Of a stretch of DNA of 64,000 nucleotides, positions 25,201 through 64,000 are shown in pieces; position 1 is the stretch's first letter, and each line of letters starts with the position of its first letter. The stretch is from Lingula anatina (Eukaryota > Animalia > Brachiopoda). The position numbers and the translations under genes are program-made. The stretch covers positions 24,310,401-24,374,400 of the forward strand of contig CM120641.1 of assembly GCA_051362555.1 (NCBI GenBank), written 5' to 3'. The notes under the pieces are model-generated. The model was not told where the DNA came from and ran no database searches. It was given only the letters and a program-made list of their open reading frames with translations.

Positions 25201-27639
25201 GTATCTCACATTATTATGATACTGTCTAATTTTGGCAAGTTTCATTACATAATGTTGTGATCACCTATAAACTCAAAATTTTGGAAGGGATAATACTCAA
25301 AGCAGCTATACATTTCATCATGGATAACACCTCATAGATTCACACAACAAGTCACATAGCACCAAATCATTGCTTTATGATATAAAAATCCTAACAATAT
25401 GTACTCAACCTAAGGTGTGTTTTCACTATGTTTGCTGGAGCCACACTTAGTATGATTGGAACCCAAACTACTTGTAAGAGGAACTGTTTTCCTAATTTCA
25501 GGAAGTAAATGTTCTATTGCTATCCATCTATAGTCCCACCTACTGCTTATCTTAATAAGAATAAAATAAGGATTTCATTGTGGAGATTGCAATCAAGCCT
25601 GCACTTTATGAAGTTAAAACTGAAACATTTCTTTCTTGGAAACCTTCTAAATGCTCACGTACTAATCTTTGAACTGACAATATATCATATTAACCCCAAG
25701 AACATATAATTATACCTACACAAAATTCATCTATATTTCTGATTTCTTATAAATCAATAAATAACATAACAATAGTAATTATATATATATATTCAATTAA
25801 AAAGTTTTGAAACTTATTTGCTAAAACTGGAAACAAGTGAGCACTTATTAAATGCATTATGAAATATACATGGATACAACATGCACCTATATAATGTGAG
25901 ACATTGGGTCGATTCATACACATAACCTGCGCAATAACTGTCACACACTGGTAAAAAAAAAGACATTCATATTACGAAAGATGTTGAGAACTTAGGTTTC
26001 AGATGTGGTGTATTTTATGCATACACGTTCCATGCATGAATGCTTTGTAGTAAACTGTTTTGTCAGTAAGTTTTTCATCATATCCACTCATGCTTCACAC
26101 TCCCTGACATGCATTTCACACACACACACACATGCGCACGCACACACACACACAGATCACTGACTGGTATTCTATCTACACAATAACCCCCTAACAACCC
26201 TAACCATGTTACTGTCACAAAAAAATGGATACTAATAAATGCACCTTTGGTCTCAAAGCTCAGATCTTTAGTCTTCACAACCAACAAGGGGGGGGGGTAA
26301 CCCTTGCCACTTGGAGAAATTTCTAGCTGCCAGCCAGTTTATACACCCAGAAGTTCAGAAATTACTAAAAATCAATGACCACTATAAGCATGCCTCAGCT
26401 GGTGGACCAGTGGATGTAAGTTTCCAGTTATCTGTGAAACTTGGGGCACGCCAAAAACTTAACTGGACTATAAAGGCAATTTGCTGATAACACATTTCTT
26501 ATCCCATACCTTTGTCAAGAAAACACTATTTTTTGTAATTGAAGTGTTTGGGAACCGTTCTGATACCTTAGAGAGCTTGCCATTACATACTTTCTACCTA
26601 TTAATTAATCTGGCTGAGATATAAGCTCAAGAAGGAATGGCATGGTTTTGGACATAGTTCAACTTAAATATTAAACTTCGGTATACATGATAATGACTGG
26701 ATAATAGTGCAATGCATTATACAAGAACATTATATATCAAATTAAATGTTATTCTCTCAACACATTTTCAATAACAAATTCCCATCAAAAGTTTTGCTAC
26801 TTTTTAAATCATTTTTCAGAAATAATGTTAATGAAGGCATGTATAAGACTTCTGAAAGGGGGAGGGGGGCAAACACGAGCTTCATTTAAAACTTTAGATC
26901 TTACCTTTATTTATTGAGTGATGCAGTTCAAAACGGAAAATATAGATTTAAATTTCTCCTGATTTAAATAAAATTAGAGTGACCTGTACCAAGATTTGTT
27001 AGCCTCAACAAGGCTGCCTTCCATCTTTTGAAAAAGAATATTTTTAGCCTGTTTTGGGTTCTAGATTTATTGAGTTTAAGTTTTATAATGATCAAACCAG
27101 ACAAAAGAAATCCCCTTTCAAAAGTCTTTGGTGTCCCTAAAATGAAATTTTTCATAAATGTCTCTGATTCAAATAATGAAGCTTTGTGGCTCCCAGCACC
27201 TTCAGTTTTTATATCCATTTCTTTTATCATTCTAATGACAAATATTAACAACAATTAAATATTGGTAGCAATAAAAAAGTTATATAAGCTATTTGCTCAA
27301 CAGGTATGTTATCCCCATACAACCTGGAGAGAGAATGGAAGATTTCAATTAACTGCCTTAAAATGCTTAACTGATACCTCTAACGCACATTTTCTGCTTT
27401 CACCCAGAGTTGGATGAAATAATTTTTCTGCGTTCAACATATTTTCTTCCTAAATGCCAATTTTTAACTAAGTCGTTCTCTGTTACAGTTCTACTTGTGG
27501 CCATATCTTAATAAGTCAGGGAGAAACTCTCTGTTGTATAGCTGTTATATATACATAAATATATATCATTCTGTGTATAAATATATTATACATTGTCAGT
27601 TGCCTTGATTGTCTCCCTGTTTCACAACTCTCAAGATCA

Positions 27640-53850
<26,211 letters not shown>

Positions 53851-56800
53851 TAATCAAGAACGATTCTGGAACGATGCGTAGACCCTCTTCCGCGCTTTTC
53901 TGTCGAATCTTCTCAAACCCCTGTCACAAGAGGAGCATAGAAGTACAGTCGACTCAAACCCCGTTCTATCAAACTGATCTCCGAAGACTGACGTCGTAGG
54001 CAGCCAAGTAGACGTGCCTGTCCGCCTTAGTGTTCTTTATTGGGATGCACGAAAACAGATTGAAATGTCGAAACGGGATGCCAAATGTTTAAATTGATGT
54101 TGGCTCAGAAATAAAAGAAAGCGTTACAATCAACCTTGTCAGGAGCAGTCAGATGTAGTTCAGCCTATTACATCCACCAATTGTCTGTGAGAAAACATAT
54201 GTGAATTTAGCCAGCCTGATGCGAAGTCCATTAGTTCTCTCCTGAGCTAATCCAGCTAGCCCATCTTCACTGTGGAACACTCTCTCTCTGTATCAGTTTT
54301 TTTTTCTTTGCAGTTCAGGGACCCAACAAGCATCCGAACCATAAGCCTTCTCCACCGCTGATCCACTAGCTGTAGTCGTTCATTGGCAGACTGATCAATG
54401 AGCTCCTGGCCAAGAGACGAATTAACAAGACCGCGCAACCCATCAATAACGCAATAATTCCCCCAGAAAATCCCTGGGAAAATATATTCCTGAAACCTTA
54501 AACGCGTAGCGCAACATCCAGTATGTAGACACGGGTTATACTTGACGTGGCCGCCGAGTTTGATCAACGTCACCTCATTCGTATTCAATCGATGTTAAAA
54601 GCCCAGAAGAACGCGGTACAGGCTTCAGAATCGCCCGATGTTAAAGAATTCGTTAGCCTAGGTCAGCAGAAGGGAATTAGAAAAGGTTGCAAAATGCCAG
54701 TGTTTGTTTTCAGATTATGGTTGTCATTTAACAAGGGATGAAAAAGGAAATAATTGAAATGAAGATCTTGCTGTAGGCTAGCTACATATAGTGCAAAAAG
54801 GGGGAAGATGAATCGATATATCCCTCTGCTCAAAAACCTCCTTTCCGTGGGTCTGATACATACTTATGTTGGACCGGGAACGAGGCTGTACCTTTTTGAT
54901 CGATATGTTTGCATCACCAGAGGTAGCGTGATAGAAATAGTGATGTGTTGATACTTGTTGCTTTTAATCGATTGCAAGGACACCTGTTTTGATTAATACA
55001 GCTGATGGCTCAACCTGAAAATGTCAAGGCTCGGGGTAAATTTTAATTCTAAAGGTTTCACGTGAAAAAATAAGCTCTTTTTAATTTGATTTCATTTACT
55101 TCAGTTTCATTCACTTTTCTGTTATATAATTTCATTTTATTTCTTTTCATTTAATTTCTTTCATGTTATCCAGTTTATCATTCTTTATGTTTTTTTACTC
55201 CTATTAACAATTATTTTGTTGGTTACATCTGTATTTTCCCCCATTAGGGTGAGCGTGGGTGAGCGTGGCTGTTAAAAACACGGCATCTGAACACATTTGT
55301 GACTTGTCAAATATCCATTTTTAAAAACATATCTCAAGACATGACTGCAGTATGAAGCTATATGATTTATCATTTGTACCTTACTTATATCTTGCATTGC
55401 ATATGATAACAAACGATGAAGTTTATTTCCCACAGCACAACACTGGAACGCGTTAGCTCCACTTCAATGGCTATGCAATCACCAAAAAGTGAACGAATTA
55501 CGAAACAACAGCCCATTTCATTGTTACAACTCATCTTAATAACTAGCCACCAGTACAATAAAATATATAGAAGCAGCGCCACCGGCCTCTACTATAGTCC
55601 TTCGGGATTATAACACAAAGCCTAATTACGCTTAACACGCAAACGCGTAATGATACAATATCCTTTGGCAAACAGCTATCGGCAAAATGTTACCAGTGCT
55701 TATCATATACCTTGTAATGCATCCCTATCCGCCCACCCCTACCCTATACCAGGGCAGCAGATTAATTATGTGCACTTTTCCCCAACAATGGAGAAATGTA
55801 CCATGACATATCTGTGAATATCTAATGAAAAATCAATCTGTGGCCCTTGTAGAGGGAAACCCACCCCAATGTTCTGCAATGAATATTTATCTATCCACTA
55901 GAAGTTGTGTGGATTTAATAAAGAAATCTTCAGCCGATATACGTCCGCCCTGAAACTTGATTTCCTTTGTATTACGTGGGGCTTAGAGAACCCGGTTGAA
56001 ATATTCATACATGTAACGACATTAATCAAACGTCTCTTTTGAAACGGTCAATATTGTGTCGGTCTTGACCTTAAAATGCAGATTTACGTGCGCAGTTTGC
56101 ACTGAAGCTCTGGGTAATTCTGGGTCCCTGGCGTTTTCACTGTTATGTTATGAAAGTCGAAATGTTCAAAAGAGAATGCGACGCGTTAGTTTATCTTACT
56201 TTTTGCATTAGCAGTAATCAATAACTGGACTGATAACACTGTGTAGATAAGTGTACTGCAGTTTTTAAAGGAAAGAAATGCATGTGTCTCCCTCTATCGG
56301 TCGATATAATCGTGGCAAAATAGCGAGGACGTTCTGCAAAAGGAGTGTAATAAGAAATCGAGAGGGGAATGCTATATGTTATGTCCACTTGGATTTGAAC
56401 ATTATTGTTTTTATTTTCTGGTCGTTTCATATGAAAATTCCCAACAAAACTGCACGACAAAAAAATGATAAATAAATAAATAAATAAAAATAAAAATTAA
56501 AGCACCTGAAATGTTAATTTAAACCCTGTTTATTCCCTTACGTTGGTTTGTATCTTGTGGCCCAATGACCAAAGGCCAACACTTCTTTTCAGCGGCGTTC
56601 TAAAATCTAAAGAATGTCGTAAAACACAAAGTGGCAGGCTTTTATGATGATGTCTGCTTATGCTTTATAAGTTCTCTGTTAAGATATTATTACGCATCTC
56701 TTTATATACCAACTTCAGGTTTTCTCTGTGAAGATTAAACAATAAGAAAATCGAGGACTTATTTTGATCTGTTTTATGGTTAATTTGTTTCTTGAGACTT

Positions 56801-57121
56801 TGGGGTCACATCCTATTCATGGATGTAAACCCAATCTTTTATTCAAATCAATATTGAATGCGATTTTTTTTTTAGTTAATTTTTTTTTTCGGTTGAATCG
56901 AGGAATCGAGCAGTCAAATTAGATGATCACTGCTGCTTGATGTCTTTAAACCCAGTGTACTCTAGGGACATTGTAAGGATTGTGTAGATTACATGTTTAA
57001 TTGGGTCAGTCAGCTATATATATAGCACATTGACTGGTAAGGTTAAAATGCAGTGCAGTTAAAAATCACGGGATAAGCATTACACTACTGATTACATTTC
57101 TGTCATTTCTAGCATACAGGC

Positions 57122-60656
<3,535 letters not shown>

Positions 60657-60857
60657 TGACTTTAGAGGAAATTTGTTACAAAAATTTTTAGAGAGCAAGT
60701 TTAAATATGACTTATTAGGATGGGATGAAGCCATATAATATTACTTAAAAACTTTTTCCGGTTGAAACTTTTATTGTCGCATGTGACTTTACCGAGTAAC
60801 ATTGAGTCATCAGCGTAATTATTTCAATACAGAAGGTTCTCGAATCCACACCATTAT

Positions 60858-61016
60858 CAGGCCCGTAGCCAACAATTTCAAAAGGGGGGGTTCTTTTTCC
60901 GAAAAAGTGGACCTTTTACAATAAATCTTTAGTGCACATTTACCCAGATTAGACCTTTTCCTGACAAAAAGGGCGGTTCTTTCGAACCCCCCCCCCCCCC
61001 CCCGGCTACGGGCCTG
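60858..61016. mobile_element. Short MITE between the two sulfotransferase 3' ends
   Basis: Perfect 13-bp TIR CAGGCCCGTAGCC / GGCTACGGGCCTG with internal poly-G and poly-C; TSD ambiguous. Confidence 0.7.
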
Positions 61017-61321
61017 AATTATTATCAACTGAAATAAAAGTAAATGTTTAATATGTATTCCTTTTTAATTGCCTTGACACATACAGATATGTTTGTCAAA
61101 CAAGCGAATTAAGCGCCCACAAATGTGACCACATCGGCCGCCACACCACATTAAAAACATACCTCAAAAATGAATGAATAAAAATGCTTAAATAAAAACT
61201 TAACGGTTCAGGGTCTTTCACAGTTCGCTTTGAAAAAAAGTAAAAGGTTTGTGAGTGAATACAAAATAACGGCGTGCTTCTGTACCAAATGAAGATTTTA
61301 ATTTCAAAATGTCTAAAATTT

Positions 61322-64000
61322 CTAGATTTTCGCATTCGCCATATCAGCGTCGACTTCGTACATAGTCCGTATTCTGGACAGTGTGTCCTCACTGACCTTC
61401 CCGTAGTATTCTGGCATCAGTTCCGAAGTTGGCATTTCAAGTTTAGTCCGCGGCGGGTACACAAGACCCGGATCTGCTTTGGCCATTTTAAGAATATTTC
61501 TGGCATCTTCCTCGATCGTGTCGTAATACCCTACTACGTCATACTCTATTCCACAAGGGTGGCACAGACTGTGAGGAAGATCCCAATGGCGATCCGGATT
61601 ATCTTTGTGGTCTGCGACATACCTGAGGAACTCCTCGAAGGTTATATTTGATTTCTGAAATGCCATCACGGCGCTGGGTTCTATGTGGTAAACCCCGTCC
61701 ACAAGTTTAATTTGTTTTCTCTCAGGAAATATTGGCGCCATCTTTCGGTAGTTTACCAAAACGTAGTTCCCGACTTCTGCAGCTATCACAGGGTGTTCTG
61801 GATCGAAATTTTCCACTTTTGTCCGATATGATGAAAGCAGTCTTTCAAAGGGGTTCCTGAGAAAAAAGAACTTGAGATACGATTTCAGAAGTTTTTCGAT
61901 TTCGGCTTCCGGTAATGTGTTTAACTGTGTCACGTATTTCGCCCATAGAACGTAGTGGATTTGGTTATCCGGTTGGGACCACACGAAACTTTCGTTCAGT
62001 TTCCCGGACATTATCAGCAGCACTCGCTTCCAGTTCGTATTACAGATTGTCGGTACCCGGCAAAATAGGACCTGGTGATTGTCCTCTGCGAACAAATGTT
62101 TGTAGTCGTCTAATCCCAGTTTCCTTGTGTACATGTTGTACTTGAGGCACACGCTTTTAATAAGGTCTTTCCGACGCTGAATTTCTTGGAGCCACGCTTC
62201 GTGACTTCGTTCCTCCTGGGAGAAAATAATAGTTGCAATGGTTATGAGAAATACAGACGTAAATGTATTATAAGTAGCAATACATGTAATTCTAAATACT
62301 CCTATATGCAATATTGAAAAGTTCTTTATAACAAATTGCGGAAATATCACGCTAGTTTGTGGCCACGTTGATCGTTATCCTTTCTAATGTCGATGCTGAG
62401 ATTTCTACTGTTTGTGTTTGGATAATTTCTTATTGTAAAATACATATAACCATCTTGGCGAACCTTTTCAGTACGATCTAAATACTTTCTTCAGAAATAT
62501 TTTAAATTTACATAAGCTGTGTTTAGTTCCTTCCACCTTCGTGCTTGACAAAAGTTTCCTAATTTTAGACAAGCACAATTTTGCCTTTTACATAGCATCA
62601 AAAAGGCAGATACAAATTAATATCCACTTCACTCTGCACTTAAATGTTTACGTGTGTGTGTGTGTGTGTGTGTGTGCGCTTGTGTGTTAATGTGCTTTTG
62701 TTTGTAATTCAAATTAAAAGAAAATTTGTTTCTCTGCATACTACTAGCATTTTCTCTAGCACGTGATTTTTTCTTTGTTTTAAACCGTAACCCGCAAAGC
62801 AATATCGGATTGAGCATTTTATAGATACACCCATAGTCTTTTAAAATATGCTAAATGAACCCTTCGTTTTTCCAACAACATATCCACAGTATTGCAATCA
62901 CCGTCAAAACGCTGATTCTTCGGAAATGGGACAAAACCTGTACATGTTTATGGCAGCGAGTTATAATAAGTATTTTTCAAGAATACATCTCAAGAATAAA
63001 ATCGTTTTATCTAAAAAAATCTAATGTATCATGCATTATGCCTGCAATTAATACGGCAATTATGTTCACAACATTACAGTGGTGAAATCAGCCGCTGTTA
63101 TTACCTGAACTGCAAGGTAGCGTATGGACCGTGGATTTAAAGCTTCAAAGTCAATATCTGAAAGTGAGTATAATCGGTTAATTTCGCTGCAAATGAGTGT
63201 AGATCATTAGAAATGTCGCCTGACCCGCATAGTGAAGTGAGATTAGGCCAAATATGATATACCTACCGTCATTGTCATAACCAGTTTGTTTCACCAGCGC
63301 GCTTGTTTTCAAACAAAGAAATACGCCAAATCATCGATCGAAAGTAAAATGATTTTCCCCCTTTTATCGAGAATAATTTACGGAATTTGAAACGACTAGC
63401 TTCTACTAACAAGTCAGTATTATTTCACATCACTGAATATAAAGTTTTCACAGTAATCCATCAAAGCGTGGCAGAAGAACTCTAAATGCAATACAGATAT
63501 TAATAATTCACGAGGTATTTCTCATCAATTTTTTACACAGTTTGCCGTTGAACTAGCTTCGTAATAGTAAGCAGTATAATATAGATAAATATCCTGTAGT
63601 GGCAACGTTGTCGTCTTGAAAAGTTATACTCTCGGATCTTTCATATCCCTACAATAATGACCTTATGTACTGCAGTAATTCTGTATCTAAATAACGTTCA
63701 TGTAGCCGCATCCTGAAAGCGCTTCAGGTTTTGGGATGTCTTCTATAACTTACATCATCCAAAACAAAAATCCATAATAGATCTATCCTTGAAATTATTC
63801 TATGATTTGAATATCTTAATTACAATGTGTGATTTAATACCGTGGATAAACACTTTTATTTCGAGTCATTCACCTTTAATAATTGAAAAAGAAATCGCAT
63901 ACCAAACAATCTGACTTAAAAATATATAATATAGAGCCTTACCTAGTAATCTGTAAATTACGTGAAGAAACAGCACAGCAAGGATCAACGCGAGCATACG
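61322..64000 (-). CDS. Golgi carbohydrate sulfotransferase, CHST11/HNK-1ST family (Sulfotransfer_2); 5' end may lie beyond the window
   Basis: Exons 64000-63943 (TM: MLALILAVLFLHVIYRLL), 63157-63105 (stem) and 62215-61322 (catalytic domain). Motifs FCRVPTICNTNWKR, FFFLRNPFERLLSSY, ITFEEFLRYV, DRHW, LCHPCGIEYDVVGYYDTIEEDA. Phases are consistent. Confidence 0.88.

Noticed and set aside
22400-27600. Numerous 60-100-aa ORFs
   Set aside because: No motifs or consistent exon chains; likely Rab 3' UTR and intergenic DNA.
55385-55582. Minus-strand ORF containing MGCC, a possible acylated Rab N-terminus
   Set aside because: No convincing in-frame donor or homology.
62216-62350. Hydrophobic N-terminus of ORF 61322-62350 as the CHST transmembrane anchor
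   Set aside because: It is intron read-through. An acceptor at 62216 and phase-compatible upstream exons (63157-63105, 64000-63943) supply the real stem and TM.

Overview
AT-rich, intron-rich eukaryotic genomic DNA from an invertebrate animal (probably a lophotrochozoan or mollusc; not provable from the window). Most ORF-track entries are spurious. By following GT-AG splice sites and phases by hand I reconstruct six genes: (1) the first three coding exons of CARNMT1 (-), whose next intron is full of transposon-derived DNA; (2) a 399-aa single-pass membrane protein with an SPSB/Gustavus-type SPRY domain and PY motifs but no SOCS box (+); (3) an 858-aa orphan membrane protein with an exon created by intragenic duplication and an FFAT-like motif (+); (4) a 26-kb Rab26/Rab37 gene (-); (5) a cytosolic SULT-family sulfotransferase (+); (6) a Golgi CHST11-like sulfotransferase (-) whose 5'-PSB lysine is replaced by Thr. 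The main finding is the Rab gene. It has two alternative first-exon pairs with different P-loop/switch I sequences and two duplicated, frame-incompatible 67-nt exons for G3/switch II, so one locus could make up to four GTPases with different effector-binding surfaces. The window also holds four copies of a TTAA-target MITE, several other MITEs, a Helentron-like tandem-repeat element and a G-rich 34-bp minisatellite. There are no prokaryotic features such as CRISPR arrays, and no rRNA or tRNA genes were recognised.
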